A stretch of DNA of 64,000 nucleotides from a virus. Below, in pieces: positions 49,891-58,855 of this stretch. Under the pieces are notes generated by a model. It was given only the letters and a program-made list of their open reading frames with translations. It was not told where the DNA came from and did not search any database. Position 1 is the first letter of the stretch. Each line of letters opens with the position of its first letter. The DNA lies in the IMG/VR virus record IMGVR_UViG_3300026533_000002, positions 1 through 64,000 of that record; one strand, written 5' to 3'. The position numbers and the translations under genes are program-made.

Positions 49891-51293
49891 TAAGCTAGCT
49901 CTTCATGCTCTTGATGTAACTCATCAGCTTCATAGAAATGTATATAACCATTATCTGATTCATACTTATTGACATCATCATATGATTTAATTAACTCAAC
50001 AAACTCAGCTAATTTGTTCTTAGGAGAACCATTACCTTTAATGAATCCCATCTTTCTTAATTGATGAATTGACATTCTAAAGTAGCCATTGATAGCTGTC
50101 TTCTGCATGTAGTCACTAGCTAATTCATAACTTTCTTTATTAAGCTCAATCTCAAACTGTTCAAGGTCTTCAGTGAACATCTCTACAAAGTTGATAGCTT
50201 CTATATAGTGCCTAGTCTGTATACTAGTTTCACCTTCTAGTATTGCTACAGCACCTGATATCTTAAGTGCAGCCCATTGTCTGTGCTGTCTATGGATCTT
50301 AGTTAAAGGATATAACATACTAACAGTATCCGCTAGTCGTTGGTTATAATTGTAGTAATCAGAGAATAAAGACTCAACGCCATCATCAATGCCTAGGTCA
50401 TCTTTAACAGTAATGTTTACTAAGTTCTCAAACCAAGGTCTTAGTGATTCAGTTGTAGTTGACACTCTTTCATCTTCAATTTTATCAGCATTACGAGACT
50501 CTTCTATGCTGTCATAGATCTTATGTTCAGCTTTCTTCTGAGAGAAACAGAATATAGCTCTTCTAGCCAACTTGGAACTAGCTTCGTCTATAAACTTCTT
50601 CTTAACAGCTTCATTGTATATAAGCCCGTGAGGACTTCCGAACAGTAAGGCACTAACAGGTAAGTTATGTACAGGTTTACCTTGGTTAGCATCATCTTTA
50701 ACAGCTTTTACTGGTAACTTACCACTATCATAAACTATTGCTAATGATGATATTAGCTCAGGCAAGTCTTTACTGCTAGCAAGCTCTGAAGCAAATTCAT
50801 CCACATAAAGAGTGCCGGCACCTAAGTAACCTTCCTCTAGCGAGTTCAAATGCTTCACCCATCCAGGTAAAGTTGATACTGCTACTGTTAGAGGCCTAGG
50901 TTTAGAGTGGAACTCTTTCCATTTAGTCTCAGGCTTACCTGCCTCTGTTGCTGCTATTACAGCCTGCAGTTTAGCTTGCTCTTCTCTACTTCTATCTATC
51001 AGTACAAAAGCTGGTTCTAGTATCTTCTGTATAGCCCCTAAGGCCCTTCCTTTTCCTGAACCCGATTCACCTATAAGAATTCCTATACTATTAACAGGAA
51101 TGGAACTACCCTTCCAGCCAATATTCTTTCTAAGATGTCCTGCAAAAGTTACTAGTTCATTAGCAGTCATCAATGCCCTCATCTCTGGCTCAATATTCCT
51201 AGTTATAACTTGTTCAGCTGCTTCAAATACTTTAGGCAACTTAGGAGATAAAGCTCCTACCTCTCTTAATGCTTCTTCATACATAGTATGCAT
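49890..51293 (-). CDS. DUF3987-like P-loop helicase
   Basis: GESGSGKG Walker A, LYVDEFASEL Walker B, SALLFGSP, LARR, ALKISG. Confidence 0.75.
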   Translation of the reverse strand: MHTMYEEALREVGALSPKLPKVFEAAEQVITRNIEPEMRALMTANELVTFAGHLRKNIGWKGSSIPVNSIGILIGESGSGKGRALGAIQKILEPAFVLIDRSREEQAKLQAVIAATEAGKPETKWKEFHSKPRPLTVAVSTLPGWVKHLNSLEEGYLGAGTLYVDEFASELASSKDLPELISSLAIVYDSGKLPVKAVKDDANQGKPVHNLPVSALLFGSPHGLIYNEAVKKKFIDEASSKLARRAIFCFSQKKAEHKIYDSIEESRNADKIEDERVSTTTESLRPWFENLVNITVKDDLGIDDGVESLFSDYYNYNQRLADTVSMLYPLTKIHRQHRQWAALKISGAVAILEGETSIQTRHYIEAINFVEMFTEDLEQFEIELNKESYELASDYMQKTAINGYFRMSIHQLRKMGFIKGNGSPKNKLAEFVELIKSYDDVNKYESDNGYIHFYEADELHQEHEELA

Positions 51294-51295
51294 AA

Positions 51296-51517
51296 CTACT
51301 CCTTATCTACTTTAACCCACTCCATACGATTTCTAATCTCAGTTGTAGTTGTTTGTATGTTCTTATATTCATAACCTGCTTCTATGAACATAGCTTCTCT
51401 TTTACGATCTTCAATACTATCTGCTAGATGACTGGTATTAACTAAATGCATCAGTGTAGCCATGAATACAAATATTAAAACCATTGCCGTTAATGGTGCA
51501 GTATACTCTTCGCTCAT
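51296..51517 (-). CDS. small membrane-anchored protein
   Basis: N-terminal hydrophobic helix; AAGGAG SD. Confidence 0.6.
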   Translation of the reverse strand: MSEEYTAPLTAMVLIFVFMATLMHLVNTSHLADSIEDRKREAMFIEAGYEYKNIQTTTTEIRNRMEWVKVDKE

Positions 51518-51528
51518 TGTAAACTCCT

Positions 51529-51651
51529 TTAAATTACTGGTATGGGTAAGCTGAGTAAAGGGTTAATTTCACTAGTATTAGCAGAGACCATTGTTACAGT
51601 TAATACTATTAAGAAGGCTATAGCCAGTATTACTTTATTAGTATTACACAT
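51529..51651 (-). CDS. small secreted/membrane peptide (40 aa, not in ORF track)
   Basis: MCNTNKVILAIAFLIVLTVTMVSANTSEINPLLSLPIPVI*; TAATG-coupled. Confidence 0.5.
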   Translation of the reverse strand: MCNTNKVILAIAFLIVLTVTMVSANTSEINPLLSLPIPVI

Positions 51652-51824
51652 TATCTTGTTCTCTCTATCTTAGAGACTCTAGGTTCTATCACAGAATTAG
51701 CTCTTACTATATCTGACCTCATCATTAATCTTACTTCACTGTAAGGTCTCAACATAGCTAAGTCAGAATGTTTAGCTGACTTTACTACTTTACTCAATCG
51801 TCTTATATTATTTAGTCTATTCAT
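51651..51824 (-). CDS. small basic hypothetical protein (57 aa, not in ORF track)
   Basis: MNRLNNIRRLSKVVKSAKHSDLAMLRPYSEVRLMMRSDIVRANSVIEPRVSKIERTR*; AAAGG SD. Confidence 0.5.
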   Translation of the reverse strand: MNRLNNIRRLSKVVKSAKHSDLAMLRPYSEVRLMMRSDIVRANSVIEPRVSKIERTR

Positions 51825-51889
51825 TGTAGTTTACCTTTTTATTTAATTAACACAGTTGTTAGCTGTGCTTTATTGTTAGATTTTGTTAG

Positions 51890-52348
51890 TTACCTAGCTG
51901 CAGTTACTTTACCAGGAGGTAACAACTGGTTATTATTAGCCTTCCAACCTCTAATCCAGCCACATGTTACGCTATAAGACTTATCTGCTATCTTTGCTAA
52001 ATCAGTACCAGTACATTTTGTCTCAATCCAATAATTGTAACCGTCAACATAAGCTTGTCGATACCTATTACTATTAGCCTCAGTTACATTGGCTTTATGA
52101 GTAATCCACTCACAGTTAGAAGGTTCATAGTTAAGATTTGAATCTATACGTTCTATAGTCAAACCTTCTTTATACCCATTAGCTATTGCCCAAGCTGCAA
52201 AGTTAGCAAACCTATCCCATTCTTTACTAACTGTAATACCTTTAGCTCCGTACCATTTATAAGCCTTATTTGCTTTATTATTACACCTTTCTCTCATACC
52301 TCTCCAAGAATTATACATCCTAGGATTGCTTTGCTTGTTATACTCCAT
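51890..52348 (-). CDS. HNH homing endonuclease
   Basis: YNSWRGMRERC…YGAKGITV..EW..F…LTIERID….YEPSNCEW. Confidence 0.85.
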   Translation of the reverse strand: MEYNKQSNPRMYNSWRGMRERCNNKANKAYKWYGAKGITVSKEWDRFANFAAWAIANGYKEGLTIERIDSNLNYEPSNCEWITHKANVTEANSNRYRQAYVDGYNYWIETKCTGTDLAKIADKSYSVTCGWIRGWKANNNQLLPPGKVTAAR

Positions 52349-52367
52349 ATTTTTCTCCTATAGAAAA

Positions 52368-53699
52368 TTAGTGAGATCCCCACCAATCCGGGCTCACTAA
52401 TACCTCGCCCGTGAAGGTGCATTGCATACCTAATTGTCTTGATATGCTTTCGTACGTACCTGCTATGGCTTCTGTTAGTAAGTCTATACAGTCGTTCCTG
52501 ACTAGGTAATCAGTCTCATCGTATATAGTAGCTTGAAGTTTGAAATGCACACCATGCACTAGTCCTAAAGCTTTAGCTCTAGCCATCATAGTTGTAAGGA
52601 AGTACTTCATAGCCTCGCCACCTTGTCCTTGAGTAGCGCTGTTTAAAGCTGCATGAGCATGTCTTACTTCAATCCTTCTACCTCCGAACATTGTAAGGTA
52701 CCCATTTTCTTTGGCTTCAGCCTTCAAGTCTTTGATAAGTTCTGCTAGACCTGTTGTAGATTTGATTAGTTTATCTTGTGTATGTTTACCGAAGATAGCT
52801 TGTATTACTACTTGATCAGTGAAAGGTACCATTGTATCCTTCTTAATAGGGTAGAACGAGACTCCCTCAATTACAATAACTCTCCGCTCTAGTTTCTTTT
52901 TCATTGCTTGAAACTCAATAACAGTATACTTAGCGTATTTATCTTCACCTAGCAATGTGTACCCAGTCAATGTAGGCGAAGACCCGAATAAAAATCCGAA
53001 CCAGAGAGGTTTCGACTGCCCTCTAGTAACATTACACGCTTTAGCGTTAATACTATGTAAATCAGTTCCATTACTTTTGTCACCAGCTACAATTATATCT
53101 CGTAACCTGCCTCCGTCATAAGGTAGAAGAAGTTCAGCTAAGACAACATTTTCCTGACCATCAAAGTCCGAGCCTAAGAAGCTCCATCCTTTCGGCGCAG
53201 CAAATAACTTTCTAAATTCCTGCTGAGCAGGGTACTGTGCTATGTTGGGTGAACTATACCCAAAGCGGCCTGTCACAGCAGTATTAGTGTCACAACGCGA
53301 GTGTAGAGTATTTGTAGCTAAGTTAACTTTACTAAGTATAGACCCCTTATCCCCACCAACTTGACTCTGATCCTTAACTACTTTGAGATATCTCTTCATC
53401 ATCTTACCTGCTGGGTGTTCCATACCTTCTAAACTATCTACATCTACTTTTACATTACCTGCAGCAGTATAATAAGGGAAAGTGTAGCTATAATCTTCTT
53501 CCATCCACCTCTTTATATGGTTCCTAGAACCAGGATTAAAAGGTGTATATACTATAGGCTGATGTTCACCATTCTTAATTACATTAATAGTCCTCATAGG
53601 TCTATCAAACCATTTAATAGTCTTTACTTTTACTAATTTAGTAGTTCCATTCTTATACTTCTTAAGATAAGGTATAGTGTATGGACTTAGTTTATTCAC
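52368..53699 (-). CDS. polA: family A DNA polymerase, C-terminal polymerase part
   Basis: FNPGSRNHI, AVTGRFGYSSPNIAQYP, motif A DFDGQE, DLHSINA, motif B RGQSKPLWFGFLFG, ALNSATQG, motif C IYDE. Confidence 0.9.
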   Translation of the reverse strand: MNKLSPYTIPYLKKYKNGTTKLVKVKTIKWFDRPMRTINVIKNGEHQPIVYTPFNPGSRNHIKRWMEEDYSYTFPYYTAAGNVKVDVDSLEGMEHPAGKMMKRYLKVVKDQSQVGGDKGSILSKVNLATNTLHSRCDTNTAVTGRFGYSSPNIAQYPAQQEFRKLFAAPKGWSFLGSDFDGQENVVLAELLLPYDGGRLRDIIVAGDKSNGTDLHSINAKACNVTRGQSKPLWFGFLFGSSPTLTGYTLLGEDKYAKYTVIEFQAMKKKLERRVIVIEGVSFYPIKKDTMVPFTDQVVIQAIFGKHTQDKLIKSTTGLAELIKDLKAEAKENGYLTMFGGRRIEVRHAHAALNSATQGQGGEAMKYFLTTMMARAKALGLVHGVHFKLQATIYDETDYLVRNDCIDLLTEAIAGTYESISRQLGMQCTFTGEVLVSPDWWGSH

Positions 53700-54019
53700 T
53701 ACTTAGCCTTAACAGCTCTGTACCTAGTACCTTGATACATAATACTTTTACTAGATTTTACTATAGGAGTATTGAAATCCTTCTCAGCTTTTAACTTCTT
53801 AATACGCTTTATATTAGCTTTTAAAGTATTAGGATGTTGATCTCTCTGTAATCCTTCCTTAGCTGCCCATTGTCTTACTGTTGAAGTAGATACTCCTCTA
53901 GTAAGGCCTATCTCTCTAGCAGTCATCTTAGGCTTACCTTTTCTAGTAGCTTTCCAATCTTTGATAGTTGCTTGTTTAACTTCTTCTGAGAATCTACTTC
54001 CATTCATTATTGTTTTCAT
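53699..54019 (-). CDS. HTH DNA-binding protein
   Basis: RFSEEVK…MTAREIGLTRGVSTSTVRQW. Confidence 0.75.
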   Translation of the reverse strand: MKTIMNGSRFSEEVKQATIKDWKATRKGKPKMTAREIGLTRGVSTSTVRQWAAKEGLQRDQHPNTLKANIKRIKKLKAEKDFNTPIVKSSKSIMYQGTRYRAVKAK

Positions 54020-54041
54020 TATTATCCTTTATAATTGTTAT

Positions 54042-55079
54042 TTACCACTTATACTCTACCATCTCTATCAATAAAGTATCTAAGGTCTTTTTATCTGGTT
54101 CACTAGGTAGCTTAGAACGTGACAGTTCTATGTCAATAGCATCTAATACACTCTCTACTTTATCCACTACTGAAGATAAGTCATGTTTACCTTCTTTTAT
54201 CTCTTTAATATAAGATGCTTCAGCTAAAGGGAATACTATAAACTCATTAGTTAGAAGTTCTAATGCCTCACTAGCAATCCTATAACTATGAGATAAAGCC
54301 TTAAAATCAGTCTTAGAAGGTGTGTTAGCTATAGTCTTAGTTCTATTACCAAACTGTCTATATTGATATAAACACTTATCAGAGAAGTACTCTAATGTTA
54401 CTGTACCTAGGAATAGTTTACCTAGTACAGATATATACTCTCTATTACCTTCATATGTGTCTCTATTAGCTTTAGCCATCACAAACTTAATATACTTAAA
54501 GTCATTATCTTTTATAAGTTGTTTCAGGTCATCGTATCTAGTCTCTAGCTTATCTTTATGGTCAGTGCCATAATTAACTCTAAAGTTATTAATAAGAGTG
54601 TCCAGTTCTTTATACCTAGCACCTTTAATTCCAAACTTCTTTGTTTGTCCTAGAGCATAACCTATAAAGCTCTTCATACTACTGTTAAGAAAGTCTTTAT
54701 AGTTTCTACGGATAGAAGCTGTGAACACTATATCCTCGTACATAATAGTATCTGGTCTCCACATACTAAATAATAGATCTATAGCACCAGTCTCTGATTT
54801 AGATAACTGACTAAAGAATCTATGAATAGACATTAGACTAAAGTCAATGTCATCTTCACCATTCTTATCTGTTGTATTATTACTGTTAGATGAGTAGTGG
54901 TCTACTGAGTCAGCTAATAGTAATGACCTCTTACTAGGTATAAACACACCTTTAAAATCAGAGTCACTAGTAGGAGAATCAGTGCCATATAACTTAGATC
55001 CTGTATAACTAACATACACTACCTTATTACCAGTAAGTCTCTCAAACTCCTCTATCTTTTGCACTACTAAATTCTTCAC
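54042..55079 (-). CDS. DNA pol beta-superfamily nucleotidyltransferase (T4 NrdC.11 / RlaP-like)
   Basis: GSKLYGTDSPTSDSDFKGVF, FIGYALGQ..K.GIKG.R, DFKALSHSYR, IKEGK, SKLP..PD. Confidence 0.85.
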   Translation of the reverse strand: MKNLVVQKIEEFERLTGNKVVYVSYTGSKLYGTDSPTSDSDFKGVFIPSKRSLLLADSVDHYSSNSNNTTDKNGEDDIDFSLMSIHRFFSQLSKSETGAIDLLFSMWRPDTIMYEDIVFTASIRRNYKDFLNSSMKSFIGYALGQTKKFGIKGARYKELDTLINNFRVNYGTDHKDKLETRYDDLKQLIKDNDFKYIKFVMAKANRDTYEGNREYISVLGKLFLGTVTLEYFSDKCLYQYRQFGNRTKTIANTPSKTDFKALSHSYRIASEALELLTNEFIVFPLAEASYIKEIKEGKHDLSSVVDKVESVLDAIDIELSRSKLPSEPDKKTLDTLLIEMVEYKW

Positions 55080-56253
55080 TTACAATCCTTATATGTTCTC
55101 TATGAACATGTTGTTTAATAGCATCATTAGAAGGTCTAACCTCTAAAGAATCTAACCACCTCTTAGGTGAGTAACTTTTCATTCTAGATATAGCAGATGT
55201 AAACATAATCTCATCTTTAGAATCAAAAGTACGTTTATCTACTGTTGAGTCTCTGCCCATTACATCAGCATTAGCAAACCTTAATAGGTCAATTATAGAC
55301 TCATTAGTAAACTTCTTTAAGAGTATTACTTTTCTACTATCTCTATTAGAGTGTATAAGAAATATCCTAATATGGTTACTAATTATAAGTAATACATCAT
55401 TAGATAGTTTAGAAGGGAGCTTTAAAGACTTTAACTCTGACTCTATCAACTCACTCTTTTCATGCCCATGTGCACTACCTTTGGCAGCATACAGCAGAGG
55501 CTTTCCAATATCATGGTAAATAGCAGCTAACTTTAAAGTAGTACTATCTACTAAATCTAATACTCTCATACTATGCTCATACACGGACTTCTCTTGATGG
55601 TAGGCACTATCTTCTACACACTTAGTCATTAAGTAGATCTTAGGAAATATAACATCTAGTACTCCTAAATCTTTTAATGTATCAAAGAATATTCTAGAGT
55701 TAGGTAAAGCTAATGCTTTCATTAACTCCATTGTAACTCTTTCCTGTACTAACCCTTCTAGACAATGCTTCATTGTGAGAACTAATTTCTTAGTCTCTTC
55801 AGCAATAGTAAAGTCAGGTAGCATAGTCTTAAATCTGGCTAACCTTAGTACCCTAACCGGGTCTTCTTTGAAAGCTTCAGAAGTATGTCTTAGTACTTTA
55901 GCTTTAATATCATCGTAACCGTTGTAAGGATCTATAAGAATACCATCTTCAGATAACGCTATTGAGTTCATAGTTAAATCTCTTCTTAGTAAATCATCCT
56001 CTATACTAATATCTTCTACATCTACAGCAAAGTCTGTATACCCTCTACCTGTTGACTTCTCTGATCTAGCTAAAGCTATTTCGTTACCATTACCATCTAA
56101 GAACACTGGGAAACTATTGCCTACTTTCTTATGAGTAGGGAACTGTTTCATGTAAGATTCTACATTGTAACCTGTAACTACATAATCTACATCAGAAGGA
56201 GGTCTGTCTAAGATTGTATCTCTAACATACCCTCCTACTGTGTACTTAACCAT
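55042..56253 (-). CDS. cca: tRNA nucleotidyltransferase (class II CCA-adding enzyme) with HD domain
   Basis: VGGYVRD…DVDYVV, EDDLLRRDLTMNSIA, FKEDPVRVLRLARF, YHQE.SVYEH, YHDIGK. Confidence 0.92.
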   Translation of the reverse strand: MVKYTVGGYVRDTILDRPPSDVDYVVTGYNVESYMKQFPTHKKVGNSFPVFLDGNGNEIALARSEKSTGRGYTDFAVDVEDISIEDDLLRRDLTMNSIALSEDGILIDPYNGYDDIKAKVLRHTSEAFKEDPVRVLRLARFKTMLPDFTIAEETKKLVLTMKHCLEGLVQERVTMELMKALALPNSRIFFDTLKDLGVLDVIFPKIYLMTKCVEDSAYHQEKSVYEHSMRVLDLVDSTTLKLAAIYHDIGKPLLYAAKGSAHGHEKSELIESELKSLKLPSKLSNDVLLIISNHIRIFLIHSNRDSRKVILLKKFTNESIIDLLRFANADVMGRDSTVDKRTFDSKDEIMFTSAISRMKSYSPKRWLDSLEVRPSNDAIKQHVHREHIRIVSEEFSSAKDRGV

Positions 56254-57370
56254 TACAGTTTTGTACTACAGAATCAGCTAAAGTAGAAGCCATAGTTAGC
56301 GCTTGATCTGTCATAGTAAGTATCTCTTCACTTCCACTTGTTACTGATAAACTAGCCATATGGTTAAGTAACCTATGAGCTTGAGCTTCTACACTATTAC
56401 TCTCAGGCAAGTCATATAACTCTGTTATTTCTTTAGCTGTAACTGCAGGCTCAATAGTTGAAGTTCCATCAGTTAATCTAAAGTACGTTTCACCAAACAT
56501 AGAATCCATAGCTTCAATAACTAAGCCATTTCTGAACTCTGTACCAATTTCCAACTTAACTAGAGAAAACCTAGAAGTAAACTCATCAATAGCTAGCTTT
56601 TGTTTGAACCCAGAAGAGTACATTACATTAGTACTATTAACAGCATCTACATGATATAATATACCGTTATGAGAGGCCCATACTTGCCCTTCACGGACTT
56701 CTATCTCTTCAGACGACTCATTACCTACCTCAGGCTCTTCTAGCTCTCTAGACTCATCTGTGTGCATTTCAGCAGGTGTTGTGTCGGTAAAGTCATAAGT
56801 ATTATCAACTAAGTCACTGTAATGTAGGATATTCTCTAGTATTAGTAAACTAACACCTCTTACCTTAAAATTACATACTCTACCATCAATCTCACTAGCA
56901 TCAATAGTTTTAGGTATAGTAACTCTGTAAGACTCTTTACTAGGTAACATAGTAAGGTACATAGACTTAGTCTTAACGTTATGATTAGCTACTACTACTT
57001 CTGCAGTAAACTCTTTAGGTAAATCTTTAATATTAGTTACAGTAGCTTTAGAAGGAGTCTTACCAACTTCAACTTCTCCACTATTGTCAACATGTTCACC
57101 CAATAAGATTAGTTGATTAACATTGTACTCATGGTTATAAAGTATGGCTACTGAGTAAGTCTTACCTATCTCTAGCTCTTCGTTCTTCCAAGAAGAGTTA
57201 TTAGGCTTATTAACAGTTACTGTAGTTAAGGCTCCATCGACAGCCACTGTTAAAGTCAGTGTGTACTGAGTACCATAGTTAGTAGTTACTTCGTCTATAT
57301 CAATTAGATTAATTCTAAAGTTCTCTTCACCAATAAGTTCTTTTAATTCAGTTATTTTTGTTACGTGCAT
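56246..57370 (-). CDS. hypothetical multidomain protein (beta-rich N-terminus)
   Basis: 374-aa ORF, AAGGA SD. Confidence 0.7.
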   Translation of the reverse strand: MHVTKITELKELIGEENFRINLIDIDEVTTNYGTQYTLTLTVAVDGALTTVTVNKPNNSSWKNEELEIGKTYSVAILYNHEYNVNQLILLGEHVDNSGEVEVGKTPSKATVTNIKDLPKEFTAEVVVANHNVKTKSMYLTMLPSKESYRVTIPKTIDASEIDGRVCNFKVRGVSLLILENILHYSDLVDNTYDFTDTTPAEMHTDESRELEEPEVGNESSEEIEVREGQVWASHNGILYHVDAVNSTNVMYSSGFKQKLAIDEFTSRFSLVKLEIGTEFRNGLVIEAMDSMFGETYFRLTDGTSTIEPAVTAKEITELYDLPESNSVEAQAHRLLNHMASLSVTSGSEEILTMTDQALTMASTLADSVVQNCNG

Positions 57371-57398
57371 TGCTTATCCTTTTATTTTAATATAGCTA

Positions 57399-58211
57399 CT
57401 AAGGAGTACCTAGTAGCTTTACATAGTTATTGTCTGGAAGAAACTTCCTACTAATACTTAGCTTCTTATATGTTTTAACTTTACCATCTGGCAAGAACTT
57501 AGGATCAAATATACTAGTTAATTTAGTATGTAAGTCTAACTTCTCAGCTAATAAGTCATTGTTTAACTCATTAGCTTTATCAATATCAATATAGAAACCA
57601 AAGTGTGTCTGTTCTTGTATAATAGCAGCTGTTTCATGTTCTATTTCAACTACTTTATCTAGCGGAAAGTTATCTTGCTCTAGTAAGAATAATAAGAAGT
57701 TTACAGCTAAGTCAGTATCTCTGTTACAGTAGATAGCCATCTCCTCAGTAAGTCCTGAGAAGTCTTCAAACTCAATCTTACTATCTCCTCCCATTCTCTC
57801 ACCAAAAGCTTTAAGAGAGTACTTTCCCCATAAGCTTTTATCTAATCCTAATCCTGGATCTATAGACATTAAATAATCTTTAGAGAATATAATCTTAGAT
57901 AGAATGAGAGTATCTAATGGTCTAGGTTTTAACTTAATACCTGTTACATTTTCAATAACGGGAACATCAAACCCTACACCATTATGAAATGACATATAAT
58001 CAGCTGTGTTAATTAAAGCTACAGCTTCACCTATACTACCTTTAGAGTATGGAGTCCAGACATTAGTGTATACCTCAGCTAATGTAGGCTTACCATTAAT
58101 AATCATAGCAACAGAAATACAGTATATATCATCTATAAATGATAACCCTTCCTTAGGTATGAGTTGAGTTTCAATATCTAGAACAGCTACAGTAGCGTTA
58201 CTTATATCCAT
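57399..58211 (-). CDS. polA: family A DNA polymerase, N-terminal 3'-5' exonuclease and start of thumb
   Basis: ExoI VLDIET, ExoII HNGVGFDVPV, DTLILS, SLKAFG, ExoIII YCNRD, then EHETA.II.EQ…GFYID. Confidence 0.9.
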   Translation of the reverse strand: MDISNATVAVLDIETQLIPKEGLSFIDDIYCISVAMIINGKPTLAEVYTNVWTPYSKGSIGEAVALINTADYMSFHNGVGFDVPVIENVTGIKLKPRPLDTLILSKIIFSKDYLMSIDPGLGLDKSLWGKYSLKAFGERMGGDSKIEFEDFSGLTEEMAIYCNRDTDLAVNFLLFLLEQDNFPLDKVVEIEHETAAIIQEQTHFGFYIDIDKANELNNDLLAEKLDLHTKLTSIFDPKFLPDGKVKTYKKLSISRKFLPDNNYVKLLGTP

Positions 58212-58855
58212 TAATCATATGAACTAGAGCTACTACTTGAATCTGAACTTGAGCTAGAGTAGCTATCTGAAGAATCAGATGAACTGTAACTGCTGCTAGA
58301 AGAGTAACTTGACCCACTAGAATAACTAGAGTAGCTAGGCTCTATGTAACCTCCAGGAGTTGTAGTAAACGAAGAGTTATCAACGGAATACTCACTGACT
58401 GTTTCAGTTACCTCGTCTATCCTACTGACAAGTTCATTAACTGTACTAGGCAGGGTATCAGGTACGTCATCACTTAGATCAATTACTTCAGATTCCTTAG
58501 GAGTAGCATAAGAAGATTTACATAAGTCTTCTAAGCTATTAGGAGGTACTGCAATATACCCAACATAAGTTTTACTAAACTCTCTATAAGCGTCAGTATC
58601 TTCATCAGCAAATAATACCCATAAGGTTATTACATCATTACCTATGCTACAATGTGAGCCGTCAACTATACCTCTAAAGTTATACTTAAAATTATACATA
58701 GCTTTAAGAGTCCTATTAGTTCCTAACTTCTTATTAGCTTTAACTAATACTTTAGAAGGGAACTTATACTCCATAACACTTTCATCTTCAGAGTAACCTT
58801 TACTGTCGTTCTTGTTAAATAACCACCTAAACGCTCTTTTAAGTACATCTATCAT
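58211..58855 (-). CDS. hypothetical protein with Ser-rich C-terminal tail
   Basis: ORF ends SYSSYSSGSSYSSSSSYSSSDSSDSYSSSSSDSSSSSSSYD. Confidence 0.7.
   Translation of the reverse strand: MIDVLKRAFRWLFNKNDSKGYSEDESVMEYKFPSKVLVKANKKLGTNRTLKAMYNFKYNFRGIVDGSHCSIGNDVITLWVLFADEDTDAYREFSKTYVGYIAVPPNSLEDLCKSSYATPKESEVIDLSDDVPDTLPSTVNELVSRIDEVTETVSEYSVDNSSFTTTPGGYIEPSYSSYSSGSSYSSSSSYSSSDSSDSYSSSSSDSSSSSSSYD

Noticed and set aside
53699-54019. IS3-like transposase OrfA
   Set aside because: Only an HTH; no DDE ORF, inverted repeats or target duplication.
53700-57398. Group I intron or split intein joining the two polA halves
   Set aside because: The interval is fully occupied by four closely packed genes, leaving no room for a ribozyme core; neither half has Hint-domain termini.
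58215-58340. Ser-rich low-complexity stretch as a repeat array or CRISPR
   Set aside because: Protein-level poly-Ser tail with mixed codons; no direct repeat-spacer structure seen anywhere in the window.
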